A stretch of DNA of 64,000 nt. It comes from Vulcanimicrobiota bacterium (GTDB lineage Bacteria > Vulcanimicrobiota > Vulcanimicrobiia > Eremiobacterales > Eremiobacteraceae). The notes below the pieces were generated by a model. The model did no database searches. It was not told the origin of the DNA and saw only the letters and a list, made by a program, of their open reading frames with translations. Shown in pieces: positions 51,822 through 61,668 of this stretch (position 1 is the first letter of the stretch; each line of letters begins with the position of its first letter). A program made the translations under genes and the position numbers. Location: the NCBI GenBank assembly GCA_963805945.1, contig CAWDVP010000006.1, positions 320,001-384,000 on the forward strand, written 5' to 3'.

Positions 51822-53221
51822 AAGCGGTAGTTGAAATAGTCGACCCCTAGCGCGACGTTGCCGTAGAGGCTCGTGCACACGTCGTTGTCCTTGGCGTAAT
51901 CCTCGCGCGCACCGCGGAAGACGAAGCCCCAATTCGGCCTGCTGCCGTCAAGCCACGCCCGGACCGCGTCTGTCACGTCGATGCTGAACGTCGTGCTGTT
52001 GACGATGTGCACGCTGGGATTGCTCACGTTCACGTGCGCGCCCGTCGGGAAGACTTGGTACGAATCACCGGGGATGAGGTCCTTGGCGCCGGTCCAGTCG
52101 CCGATGCCGTACATCATCTCGGTGGCGCACGTCGCCGGCGTGCCCACGGCCGCCCAGCTCTTCGTGGTCGTGAAGGTGAGCACGGCCTTCCACAGCTTCT
52201 TGCCCGCAAGCGGCGCTAGGTCGAACTTGACCGCGCTGCGATAGGCATGATCGATCTTCTCGTAGCAGGGGAACGGATCGGTGCCGGGATCCCAGCTGTT
52301 GACGTAGCCGACGAGCAGGTTGCCTGACACGTAGTCGAGCTCGTGGCCGCCCAGACCGCCAGTGTAGAAGCAGTACGTGGCGGTGCTGTAGTAGTGGCTG
52401 AAGTGATACACATACTTGAGCGCTGAGATCGGCAGATTCGTGTGCACGTGGGTGACCAGGCCGATAGTAGGTGTGCAGGTCGAATTGCTATCGGCGGATT
52501 CGGTGCTTCCCTTGTAGGCGCGCACCACGTAGCACAGGCTCTTCGCATCCGCCGCTTTGACGCTGAGCGCCTTGCCGGTCATGCCCGATTGTTTGTCGAC
52601 CAGCGTGTGCGTCGAACCGTTCAGCTGATAGATGTGGAAGCCGTCGACGCTGCCCGCATCCGGATAATCCCACACGAGGATGAGATCGCCGTCCTTGAGG
52701 GCCGCGCCGCAGATGAGCGCGCCGAACAACGGCGCGACGTGGTCGCCGCAGACTGCCGGGTCTGTGGTCGCCTTGAGGTTCGTCGGCGGTGCCGGCCCCG
52801 CCGGGACCGGCGTCGGCACAGGACCGCAGGTCACGCTGAAGTTGACCTTGTTGCTGTAGACGTCGGGCTGTCCGGCGGAGATGCCGTGCACCCAGATCTG
52901 GTCGAAGGTGGAGCCCGACGTCGTCGCGGCGACGGATATGCTGTCGCTCACGGAGACGCTGCCGCCTGCCGGCATCGTGAAGGGGCCTTTGTCGACGACT
53001 TGCTGCACGCCGTTGAGATAGCGGTTGAAAGCGACCGTGAATTTCGTGCCAGCGGCGCCGGCGACCGAGCCGTTGAAGCTCATCGTCGTCGGGCAGGGAC
53101 CGCTGTACGATGTCGATGGGCTGGCGAGCGTCGCGCTCGAGATGTTCGCCGCAGCCGGCGTCGCGACGCCGGAGACGAGCAAGACCAAAGCCGACAGAGC
53201 GATCGCGACTCTCAACGACAT
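51818..53221 (-). CDS. Secreted multidomain protein (Ig-like, FN3-like, DNRLRE-like C-terminus)
   Basis: Signal peptide, PAPPTNL, YVVRAY..ESADSN, DVTDAVRAW...NWGF. Confidence 0.65.
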   Translation of the reverse strand: MSLRVAIALSALVLLVSGVATPAAANISSATLASPSTSYSGPCPTTMSFNGSVAGAAGTKFTVAFNRYLNGVQQVVDKGPFTMPAGGSVSVSDSISVAATTSGSTFDQIWVHGISAGQPDVYSNKVNFSVTCGPVPTPVPAGPAPPTNLKATTDPAVCGDHVAPLFGALICGAALKDGDLILVWDYPDAGSVDGFHIYQLNGSTHTLVDKQSGMTGKALSVKAADAKSLCYVVRAYKGSTESADSNSTCTPTIGLVTHVHTNLPISALKYVYHFSHYYSTATYCFYTGGLGGHELDYVSGNLLVGYVNSWDPGTDPFPCYEKIDHAYRSAVKFDLAPLAGKKLWKAVLTFTTTKSWAAVGTPATCATEMMYGIGDWTGAKDLIPGDSYQVFPTGAHVNVSNPSVHIVNSTTFSIDVTDAVRAWLDGSRPNWGFVFRGAREDYAKDNDVCTSLYGNVALGVDYFNYRF

Positions 53222-53367
53222 GAATAGCCCTTTCGTCAAAAGGAACCGGCTGTCCCGAGGGTGCGCGCTCGGCCACAAAGGCCGCGCGCTTCTTCTTCTA
53301 TATAACGGGCGCTGAGGCGCAGATGTTACCGCTGCACCGAAAAAGCCCGGAAGCGCCCCGCGTGGGC

Positions 53368-54582
53368 CTATTCGTGGCGCAAGGCCTCAATCGGGTTGAG
53401 CAGCGACGCGCGCCGAGCCGGATAGAATCCGAACAGAATGCCGATCAGCGCTGCGAAGACGAATGAGAGCACTACCGATTCCGGGGCGACGATCACGGTC
53501 CAACCGGCCAGCTTCGAGGTGATGACGGACGCCGCAATCCCGAGTGCGACGCCGATGAGGCCGCCGGCGCAGGCCAGGGTGATCGCTTCGACAAGGAACT
53601 GCATGAGCACGTCGCGCGTGCGCGCGCCGATCGACATGCGGATGCCGATCTCGCGCGTCCGTTCGGTCACGGAGACGAGCATGATGTTCATGATGCCGAT
53701 GCCGCCCACGATGAGCGACACGGCCGCGACTCCGGCAAGCAGCAATGATTGGATACCAGCAGTCGCGCTTGCCGCCGCCTGGACGTCGGCGATGTTGCGC
53801 ACTGAGAAGTCGTCGGGCTGGTTCGGCGTGAGGCGATGGTTGAGCCGCAGCAACCCTGCGACCGAACTGACGACGCTCGCTACGGCATCCGGCGAGCTCG
53901 CCGAGATCGTGATCGAGGAAAGATACTGATTGCCGTTGATCCGCAGCTGCATCGAGGTGAGCGGTATGACGACTTGGTCGTCTTGGTCGCGGCCAAATCC
54001 GCTCTGGCCTTTAGGTGCAAGTACGCCGATGACCGTGAAGGGCGCGCCCTTGATGGTGATCATGCTGCCGACTGCGTCCCCGGCCGGGAAGAGGTTCAAC
54101 GCGACCGTGTTGCCGAGCACGGCCGATTTCGCCGCGCTCTTCATATCGTCATTAGTGAAGAATTGACCCTGTGCGACGGTCCAGTTCTGGACCTGCAGCC
54201 ATGCGGGCGAGGTGCCTAGGATCGATGTCGCCCAATTGTTGCCCCCGGCAACCACTTGTCCGTTGTCGTTGGACTGCGGGGCAACGCCTGCGATCCCCGG
54301 GATTTGGGCGATCGCGGTCGCGTCCTGCGGCTTGAGCGAGGTCCGCGCCCCTGCGCCGAGATTGACGCCGCCTGTGATGACGCTACCTGGAACCACGATG
54401 ATCAGATTGCTGCCCAGGCGCGCGAGCTGCGCTGCGACCGCCGCGCTCGCTCCATTGCCGATCGCCATCGACGTGATCACCGCCCCGACGCCGATGATGA
54501 TACCGAGCATGGTGAGCAGGGAACGGAATGCGTTGCGCACGAGCGCCTGCCATGCGACGCGGACAAGAGCGGTGAAATTCAT
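53368..54582 (-). CDS. MacB-type ABC transporter permease
   Basis: RSLLTMLGIIIG, GGIGIMNIMLVSVTERTREIG, YPARRAS. Confidence 0.92.
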   Translation of the reverse strand: MNFTALVRVAWQALVRNAFRSLLTMLGIIIGVGAVITSMAIGNGASAAVAAQLARLGSNLIIVVPGSVITGGVNLGAGARTSLKPQDATAIAQIPGIAGVAPQSNDNGQVVAGGNNWATSILGTSPAWLQVQNWTVAQGQFFTNDDMKSAAKSAVLGNTVALNLFPAGDAVGSMITIKGAPFTVIGVLAPKGQSGFGRDQDDQVVIPLTSMQLRINGNQYLSSITISASSPDAVASVVSSVAGLLRLNHRLTPNQPDDFSVRNIADVQAAASATAGIQSLLLAGVAAVSLIVGGIGIMNIMLVSVTERTREIGIRMSIGARTRDVLMQFLVEAITLACAGGLIGVALGIAASVITSKLAGWTVIVAPESVVLSFVFAALIGILFGFYPARRASLLNPIEALRHE

Positions 54583-55316
54583 GCCGTCACCTGCGAATGA
54601 GCGAGGGTCGCGCCGTCCTCGATCACCAGGCCGTCGCGGAACAGAACGGTTCGTCGTGTCCAGGTCGCGACATCAGGCTCGTGCGTGACCATGACGATCG
54701 TGATGCCCCGATCGTCGTTGAGAGTTCGGAATACCGATAGTATCTCTTTCGTGCTGCGGCTGTCGAGGTTGCCTGTGGGTTCGTCCGCCAGGATGAGCGC
54801 GGGGTCGTTCACGAGAGCGCGCGCGATCGCGACGCGCTGCTGCTGGCCGCCCGAGAGTTCGCTCGGATTGTGGTCGGCCCGGTCGGCGAGCCCGACCATT
54901 TCGAGAGCCTGACGCGCGCGGGCCTGGCGCTCTTCGCCGGGCACGCCTGCATAGAGCAGCGGCAGCTCGATATTTTCGAGCGCCGTCGTGCGCGCCAGCA
55001 GGTTAAACCCCTGGAACACGAACCCCAGTCGCTTGTTGCGGATCGCCGCGAGCTGATCGCTCGACATGCGCGAGACGTTCTCGCCTTCCAGATAATATTC
55101 GCCCGACGTCGGCCGATCAAGGCAGCCGATGAGGTTCATGAAGGTGGATTTTCCCGACCCAGAGGCGCCCATGATGGCGACGAACTCGCCACGTTCGACC
55201 CGCAGCGTCACGCCATTGACCGCGGCGACGTCCATCGCGCCGACATGATAGAGCTTGTGCAGATCGCGGACGTCGATGACCGGCACCGTCGCGCCAGGCG
55301 CTGCGGTCTGGTTCAT
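54579..55316 (-). CDS. MacB/LolD-type ABC ATP-binding protein
   Basis: GASGSGKST, LSGGQQQR, ADEPTGNLD, VTHE. Confidence 0.92.
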   Translation of the reverse strand: MNQTAAPGATVPVIDVRDLHKLYHVGAMDVAAVNGVTLRVERGEFVAIMGASGSGKSTFMNLIGCLDRPTSGEYYLEGENVSRMSSDQLAAIRNKRLGFVFQGFNLLARTTALENIELPLLYAGVPGEERQARARQALEMVGLADRADHNPSELSGGQQQRVAIARALVNDPALILADEPTGNLDSRSTKEILSVFRTLNDDRGITIVMVTHEPDVATWTRRTVLFRDGLVIEDGATLAHSQVTA

Positions 55317-56682
55317 CGGCCGCCCGCAAGTGGATTGTTCGTGGCGCCCGCGCGCGCTTGGAGCTGGCCCGTGATCACGCGGTCGCCTTCCTTGAGGCTG
55401 CCGCTGCGGACCTCGAAGTTCTGGCCGTCGGACATGCCGATGATGATCTGCACGGGCTGCGGCTTCTTGCTCGCGCTCAACGTCCACACCACAGCGCGCG
55501 AACCGGGAGCGCCCGCGAGCGGCGGCGGCGTCGCCGAGGTGGTCGGCACCGCGGGGCCGCCTGCCCCGGCCGACGTGCCGCCAGCCGAGGTTGAGCCGAC
55601 GCGCGGCTTATACAGCAGCGCGGCGATCGGCACGGCGAGGACGTTGGTGCGCGTGGAGACGGCGATCGTCACGCTCGCGGTCATGCCCGGTTTGAGGCGC
55701 GCGGAAGTCGTCATGGATGACGACGACGGCGTCATAGGTGACGACGTTGGCGATAGTCGTGGGATTGACGCGGACCTGCGAGACGGTGCCTTTGAAGATC
55801 GTGTTCGGATATGCCGGTACCGCAAGTCGTCGCGCTCTGGCCCTTACGCAGAGCGCCGACGTCGGCCTCGTTGACCGACGCGTCGACCTGCATGTCTTTG
55901 AGAGTCGACGCGATGACGAACAGCGTCGGCGTCTGAAACGATGCGGCGACGGTCTGTCCGATGCTCACACCACGGGAGACGACAATGCCGTCGATCGGAC
56001 TCGTGATCGTCGCGCGATTGAGGTTGTATGTGCTTTGCTGCAGCGCCGCCATCGCGGACCCGACCTGCGCCTGCGAGGCGGCCGACTGATCTCGCGATGC
56101 GTTCGTCTGCGCTTTTGCCTCGTTGACGGCCATAGCCGCGGCATTGACATCAGCCTGTGCGGCTCTTGTGGCCGAGGCATCGGTATCCAACTGGTTTTGG
56201 GCGATGTACCCCTGCGCGATGAGGGTGTGATCGCGCTGCAGCGTCGTCTGCGCCAGGTTGAGCGCCGCCTGCGCTTTTTGATAGTTCGCCTGCGCGCTCG
56301 ACACCGAGGCCTGCATCTGCATGATCGTCGCTTGCGAGGCGGATGCGTTGGCTTGCGCTTGGCTCACTGCGGCCTGCGACTGCGTCTCGGCCGCCTGGAA
56401 GCTGGTCGGGTCGATCGTGGCAAGGACCTGGCCCTTGTGCACGATCGAGTTGTAGTCGACATACAGATTGTTGATCGTGCCCGAGATCTGAGTGCCGACC
56501 TGGACCTCGTTGACCGGGTTCACGGTACCCGTCTCTATGATAGTCGCATCGATGTTGGTCCGCGTGACGGGCGCCGTGACATACCGCGGCGTCGCGTGCC
56601 CCGCGGTGAGCGCTCTGATGCCGAAAAACGCGATGAGCCCCACGACGAGGACGACGGCCGCGATGATGATGATGCGTTTCAT
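55313..56682 (-). CDS. MacA-like periplasmic adaptor (apparent frameshifts near 55825 and 55710)
   Basis: VQVGTQISG, ITSPIDG, GQTVAASFQTPTLF, LKPGMTA. Confidence 0.88.
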
Positions 56683-57164
56683 GAAATGTGATGTACCCTT
56701 GTGAAGTCGATGGCGTCGAGCCGGCGCAAACCTTCAAGCAGCTTGCTGCGTTCGGACGGGCGTAGCCGGCGCAGCGCGGCCGACAAGAGCCCTGCGTTGA
56801 GCGATGGGCGCAGCGCGGCGACGGTCCGCTGGCCCGCGGCCGTGAGTTCGAGCGCCGTGCGGCTGCGACCGAGCACGTGATAGCGCCTGCGCAGCAGCCC
56901 TTTGCGTTCTAATCCTGAAAGCGTGATCGAAGCGGTGCTGGCGGTGATCGCCATCTCGTGCGCCACCTGGCCGACCGAGGCGTGCGGCAATCCCGCCACG
57001 GCACGCAGCAGCAGCGCGCCGCGCACGGTGATGTCCGACCCGGCGATACGCCGGGCGAACGGAGCGCGGTACTTCTTATAGATGCGCGGCAGCAGCCGGC
57101 CGATCTCGCCGATCGGGTCCTCGCCGCCCTGAGTGACGTGCTTCTTCTTCATCGCTGCGTCCAT
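56679..57164 (-). CDS. MarR-family transcriptional regulator
   Basis: LERKGLLRR, LELTAAG; precedes the efflux operon. Confidence 0.8.
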   Translation of the reverse strand: MDAAMKKKHVTQGGEDPIGEIGRLLPRIYKKYRAPFARRIAGSDITVRGALLLRAVAGLPHASVGQVAHEMAITASTASITLSGLERKGLLRRRYHVLGRSRTALELTAAGQRTVAALRPSLNAGLLSAALRRLRPSERSKLLEGLRRLDAIDFTRVHHIS

Positions 57165-57235
57165 TGTACCCAGTATACGCAGCGGCTATGTGCGGATGGT
57201 GTGAATACTTGATTAAAAAGCGCTTGAATCAAACA

Positions 57236-57269
57236 CCAGGCTGGGAATCGCCCGAGAGCGCCAGCCTGG
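57236..57269 (-). terminator. Probable terminator after the KamA-like gene
   Basis: CCAGGCTGG/CCAGCCTGG stem then TGTTTGATT. Confidence 0.5.
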
Positions 57270-57285
57270 GAAACGCCTTAGACGC

Positions 57286-58665
57286 TCATGCGCGTGACGC
57301 CGCGGCGATCGCGGCGGTCACCATCTCGTTCTGCTCCTTTGGATCCTTCCAGCGCGCTTGCGCGGCCGGCGACAGCTGATCGATCGGGTCGAAATACAAG
57401 AACCACTGCCTCGGCTTGACGCTCGGCGCGCTGTACACGGCGATGCCGTTCTCACGGTCATAGTGGTCGTAGCTATGCAGATCGCGCTTGCCGCCGCCGC
57501 CGGGCGCATCGCACAGGAACGTCGGCGTGTTGAAGCCTGCGGTCGTGCCGCGCACGAACTTCTCGATGTCCACGGCGGTCTTGATGGTGGTGCGCAGATC
57601 CTCGACGCCCTTGACCATGTCGTGCATATAGACGTAGTACGCGTGCACGTTCATGTAGCCGAGCTGCTTGATGAGCTTGCGCATCGTGTGCGCGTCGTCG
57701 TTGACGCCGCGGATGAGGACGGATTGGTTGCGCACCATGATGCCGCGCTCGAAGAGCACCTGCATCGCCCGCTGCGTGATGTCGCTGATCTCGTTAGGGC
57801 TGTTGAAATGGGTGTGCAGCATGACGTCTTTGCCGAGCGCGCGGCCACGCTCGACGATCGCGGTGAGCGCGTCGGTCCATGCGGCATCGGTGAGGATCTT
57901 CATGGGCATGACCGCCGGGCCTTTGGTGGCGAAGCGCATGCGCCGCACGTTCGGGATGGCGAGCAATGCCTCGCCGATCTTCGTGAGGCTCTTGGCGGGC
58001 AATTGATAGGTGTCGCCGCCGGACACGACGATGTCCTGGAGCTCCGGCCGCGAGGCGATGTACTCGAACGCGCGCTCCCACATCTTGGGATCGGTGGCGA
58101 GCTGGGCTTTCTCCACGGTGTCGGTGTCGCCGCCGATCGCATACGAACGCGTGCAGAAGCGGCAATAGACCGGGCACGTGTTGAGCGGCAAGAACAGCGC
58201 CTTGTCGACGTAGCGATGCGTCAGGCCCGGCAGCGGGGAGTCTTCGAGCTCGTGCAGCGAATCGAGGCTCAGCCGCGGGTGGTCGGGCAGCAGCCGCGAG
58301 GCGAGCGGCAGGAACTGGGTGCGGATCGGATCCTTGTAGGGGTTCTTCCAATCGATCGACGCGATCATGTACGGCGAGATGCGGACCTGCATCGGCGCAC
58401 GATGAAAGCCTTGGCGCACGTCTTTGAAGAACTCAGGTTCGACGAGGTCCTGGATGGTCGCCATCAGCTCGTCGGTCGATTTCACCGAGTGCTTGCTCTG
58501 CCACAGCCAGTCCAAGAACGTCTTCTCGTCGACGTCTTTGTAGGCGGGGATGTCGCGCCAGAACTCGCCCTGGCGGAACTGCATGTGCTCGAACGCCTCC
58601 GGCCCGGCAGGCGGCTTGAGCGCGTGGATCGGCTCGGGCGCGGCGGTGGTGTCGGTCTTCAGCAT
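57286..58665 (-). CDS. KamA-family radical SAM/PLP aminomutase (lysine 2,3-aminomutase-like)
   Basis: HRYVDK, CPVYCRFCTR, SGGD, HFN, NQSVLIRGVND, DAPGGGGK. Confidence 0.88.
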   Translation of the reverse strand: MLKTDTTAAPEPIHALKPPAGPEAFEHMQFRQGEFWRDIPAYKDVDEKTFLDWLWQSKHSVKSTDELMATIQDLVEPEFFKDVRQGFHRAPMQVRISPYMIASIDWKNPYKDPIRTQFLPLASRLLPDHPRLSLDSLHELEDSPLPGLTHRYVDKALFLPLNTCPVYCRFCTRSYAIGGDTDTVEKAQLATDPKMWERAFEYIASRPELQDIVVSGGDTYQLPAKSLTKIGEALLAIPNVRRMRFATKGPAVMPMKILTDAAWTDALTAIVERGRALGKDVMLHTHFNSPNEISDITQRAMQVLFERGIMVRNQSVLIRGVNDDAHTMRKLIKQLGYMNVHAYYVYMHDMVKGVEDLRTTIKTAVDIEKFVRGTTAGFNTPTFLCDAPGGGGKRDLHSYDHYDRENGIAVYSAPSVKPRQWFLYFDPIDQLSPAAQARWKDPKEQNEMVTAAIAAASRA

Positions 58666-58678
58666 GATTTCCTTACAT

Positions 58679-58702
58679 GTAGCGGTCGAATGTATTCGAC
58701 CG
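58679..58702 (+). repeat. REP-like palindrome family A
   Basis: GTAGCGGTCGAATGTATTCGACCG between the Lrp and KamA genes. Confidence 0.8.
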
Positions 58703-59209
58703 TCAGCTCACGCGCGCCAGACGGCGCACGGGCTGGGCTTGCGCTGCGGCAAGCGCGATGCCACCGCGTTCGAAGGGCGTGGACAAGACGATCATCGTCT
58801 TGCTGCGGACGAGTCCGCGGATCTGCTTGAGGCGGGTGAGAAAATCGTCGAGATGGCCGGTCGAGCGCGTCATGACTTTGAGGAAGTAGGTCTCCTCGCC
58901 GGCGACGCTGTGCACTTCGCACACTTCGGGCAGCTGCTTGACGGCCTCAGTGAAGTCCTCATAGCCGGTGTCGGCCGAGGTGAAACAGCTGACGAACGCC
59001 GTCAGCCCGAGGCCGATGCGCTGGCCGTCGAGCTGCGCCGAGTAGCGGCGCACGAAGCCGCGCGCCTCGAGGCGTTTCACGCGATCGTGCACCGACGATG
59101 CTTTGAGCCCGACGATCTCGCCCAGTTCGGCGAACGTCGAGCGCGCGTTGTCCTGGAGCGCAGAGAGCAACTTCAGGTCGAGATCGTCGATTTCTGTATT
59201 TTCAATCAT
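58703..59209 (-). CDS. Lrp/AsnC-family regulator
   Basis: DDLDLKLL..LQDNAR, RVKRLE, EVHSVAGE. Confidence 0.92.
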   Translation of the reverse strand: MIENTEIDDLDLKLLSALQDNARSTFAELGEIVGLKASSVHDRVKRLEARGFVRRYSAQLDGQRIGLGLTAFVSCFTSADTGYEDFTEAVKQLPEVCEVHSVAGEETYFLKVMTRSTGHLDDFLTRLKQIRGLVRSKTMIVLSTPFERGGIALAAAQAQPVRRLARVS

Positions 59210-59296
59210 ACCTATGGCCCACAGAGCGATGTTTATTAGGCGATATGACTATATCACAGAATAAATACGCTGTAAATCATGCTGTGCGGGACACGG

Positions 59297-59369
59297 AGCC
59301 GGCGGAGGGACTCGAACCCCCGACCAGCGGTTTACAAAACCGCTGCTCTACCAACTGAGCTACGCCGGC
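59297..59369 (-). tRNA. tRNA-Thr(TGT)
   Basis: GCGGT-TTTGTAA-ACCGC, GGTTCGAGTCC. Confidence 0.96.
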
Positions 59370-59432
59370 GCGGCCGAAGCGCTTCCTTTTGCGCGGATGG
59401 CCGGTCGCCCTCGGCGCCGAACGCAAGCGCGG

Positions 59433-59969
59433 ATGTTCAACCTGGATCAAGCGGTGCCCATCGCCTCGCTCGTCATCGCATTTGCGACCGTCGTCTTCAC
59501 CACGTACATGCTCTCGCGCCAAGTGCGCCAGATGGAGCACGAGCGCAACGCGCTCGCCATCCTCGAGGCGATCGACCGGCTCACCTCGACCGAGGTGGTG
59601 CAGGTGTTCGCTCAGCTGCGCGGCGTCGAGCAGCGCTACCCCACCGACAAAGACATCGCCGAACGCTTCTCCGGTTCCGCCGACGAGCACGCGCTCGATA
59701 TGGTCGGCCAATTCGTCGAGACGATCGCCTGCCTCGCGCGCCGCGAGGTGCTCGACGTGACGCTGCTGTGCGATGCGGTCGGTTTCATGCTGCGCAGCCG
59801 CTGGGCGAGCATCGAGCCGTTCGTCACCCGGTGGCGGCGATACAACAAGAACGAGTTCTTATTCGAGAATTTCGAATGGCTGGCTCGTTACAGCGCGTGG
59901 TGGCGCGACATCCCCCGCCCCAAGGCGCAGAACTACGATCCACAGCAATTCGCCCGCACCGCGTCATAG
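59433..59969 (+). CDS. Membrane-anchored DUF4760-like protein
   Basis: N-terminal TM, FVETIA...W...PFV...R...FENFEWLA pattern. Confidence 0.6.
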   Translation: MFNLDQAVPIASLVIAFATVVFTTYMLSRQVRQMEHERNALAILEAIDRLTSTEVVQVFAQLRGVEQRYPTDKDIAERFSGSADEHALDMVGQFVETIACLARREVLDVTLLCDAVGFMLRSRWASIEPFVTRWRRYNKNEFLFENFEWLARYSAWWRDIPRPKAQNYDPQQFARTAS

Positions 59970-59977
59970 GAGACACC

Positions 59978-60871
59978 ATGCAGAGGTCCTTCGCCAACGC
60001 GCTCCTCGCTCTCGCCGCCATCAGCGTGCTCGCGGGCTGTGCAAAGAACCAGCAGTCCTCGAGCGCCCCGGCCAGCCCCGAAGCCGCGGCCACCGCATCC
60101 GGAGCCGGCACCGAAACCGCGACGGCTGGTGCGACCGCTACCGCCGCAGCAGGCGCCAGCGGAGCCCCGACCAGTGCAGCCGCCACAGGTTCTGCGCAGT
60201 CTTCGTCGAGCACCACGATCGTCGTGGTCAGCTTCAGCGACACCGCCGGCATCTTCGCCGAGCAGATCATCAACGACGAGGCGCGGCTCGGTGTCTTCGA
60301 TACCACCTCCGGACCGTTCCAACCTGAAGCGTCGATCAAGCGCGGCGAATTCGTGCGCTGGATGGTCAAAGCGAACAACGCATACTATCAAGACGATGCG
60401 AGCAAACAGATCCGGCCGGCCGAGGGGAACGAGCAGACCTTCGTCGACGTGCCGGCGTCGAACCCCGACTACAAGTACATCCAGGCGCTTGCCAATGCCG
60501 GCCTCGTCGTCGGCGTCGACGCGACCCACTTCGCACCGGACGACGACCTCACGCGCGAGCAGATGATCGCCATCAAAGCCGGCCTCGACCTAGGCGGCGA
60601 CCCGCACAAGAACACGAATCTCTCGGATGTGAAGACCGCCTACCCGTTCACGGATGACGACCAGATCAGCAAGCGCTATTATGACGCGATCTACGGCGAC
60701 TATTTCGACGGCTCGAAGAACATCCCGCGCGTCTTCGGCGCCATCAAGACCTTCCATCCGCAGAAGCCGGTGACGCGCGCCGAGGCGGCGCTCACGCTGG
60801 ACAAGATCGGCAACTATAGCCCGATCACCGCGGAACAGGCGTTGCCGCAACCGACACCCTCAGGGCAATAA
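59978..60871 (+). CDS. Lipoprotein with S-layer homology (SLH) domains
   Basis: AGGAG RBS, lipobox LAGC, FVDVP, LTREQM, VTRAEAA. Confidence 0.85.
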   Translation: MQRSFANALLALAAISVLAGCAKNQQSSSAPASPEAAATASGAGTETATAGATATAAAGASGAPTSAAATGSAQSSSSTTIVVVSFSDTAGIFAEQIINDEARLGVFDTTSGPFQPEASIKRGEFVRWMVKANNAYYQDDASKQIRPAEGNEQTFVDVPASNPDYKYIQALANAGLVVGVDATHFAPDDDLTREQMIAIKAGLDLGGDPHKNTNLSDVKTAYPFTDDDQISKRYYDAIYGDYFDGSKNIPRVFGAIKTFHPQKPVTRAEAALTLDKIGNYSPITAEQALPQPTPSGQ

Positions 60872-60876
60872 GAGAA

Positions 60877-60903
60877 AAGCGGTCGACGAGACGTCGACCG
60901 CTT
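60877..60903. terminator. Hairpin between convergent genes, related to REP family A
   Basis: AAGCGGTCGACG-AGA-CGTCGACCGCTT. Confidence 0.6.
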
Positions 60904-60924
60904 CAGCGTCGAGATCGGTTCGAG

Positions 60925-61572
60925 CTAGTAGAGCTCGACTTCGCTCAGGTTCTTCTCGATCTTGCGCTTGACGCGCTGCAGCGCGTTGTCGATCGACTTC
61001 ACGTGTCGATTGAGATCGCGCGCCATCTCCTGGTACGACTTGCCCTCGAGATAGCTCAGCAGCACCTGCGACTCGAGATCGCTCAGGTTCTCCTGGATGC
61101 GCTCTTTGATGTCTTCCGAAACTTCCTGGTTGATGACCAGCTCTTCGGGATCCGACATCTTCGCGCTCGCCATGACGTCGAGCAGCGTGCGCTCGCTATC
61201 CTCGTCGTAGATCGGCTTGTTGAGCGAGATGTACTGGTTGAGCGGGATGTGCTTCTGCCGCGTGGCCGTCTTGATGGCCGTGATGATCTGCCGCGTGATG
61301 CACAGCTCGGCGAAGGCGCGGAACGACGACAGCTTGTCCGCCCGGAAGTCGCGCACGGCCTTATAGAGGCCGATCATGCCTTCCTGGATGATGTCTTCGC
61401 GGTCTGCGCCGATGAGGAAGTAGCTTTTCGCCTTGATGCGGACGAAGTTCTTATACTTGTTGAGCAGGAATTCCATGGCGAGATTGTCGCCACACTTCGC
61501 TGCGTTGACGAGTTCTTCGTCGGCTCGCTCGCTGTAGTCCAAGGTCTCTTCTGTCTGATGAAGTGCCGCCAA
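60925..61572 (-). CDS. sigH: Sigma-H-like RNA polymerase sigma factor
   Basis: SYFLIGADREDIIQEGMIGL, AIKTATRQKHIPLN, KSIDNALQRVKRK. Confidence 0.95.
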   Translation of the reverse strand: MAALHQTEETLDYSERADEELVNAAKCGDNLAMEFLLNKYKNFVRIKAKSYFLIGADREDIIQEGMIGLYKAVRDFRADKLSSFRAFAELCITRQIITAIKTATRQKHIPLNQYISLNKPIYDEDSERTLLDVMASAKMSDPEELVINQEVSEDIKERIQENLSDLESQVLLSYLEGKSYQEMARDLNRHVKSIDNALQRVKRKIEKNLSEVELY

Positions 61573-61632
61573 GTTGTGGGTGAACCCCCGATCCTAATCT
61601 GTGAACATTATGCCTGCGTTATGCCCCTACCG

Positions 61633-61661
61633 ATTATAGGGGGAGGCACCTCTTTCGTCAA
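61633..61661 (-). promoter_or_regulatory. Sigma70-type promoter of sigH
   Basis: TTGACG-N17-TATAAT. Confidence 0.75.
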
Positions 61662-61668
61662 GGATTCA

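Noticed and set aside
59244..59258. CRP-like site upstream of the Lrp gene
   Set aside because: Spacer is 5 rather than 6 nt and the first half-site is weak.
59279..59977. N-terminal extension of the 530-aa ORF 59279..60871
   Set aside because: It overlaps tRNA-Thr and the DUF4760-like gene; RBS and lipobox support a start at 59978.
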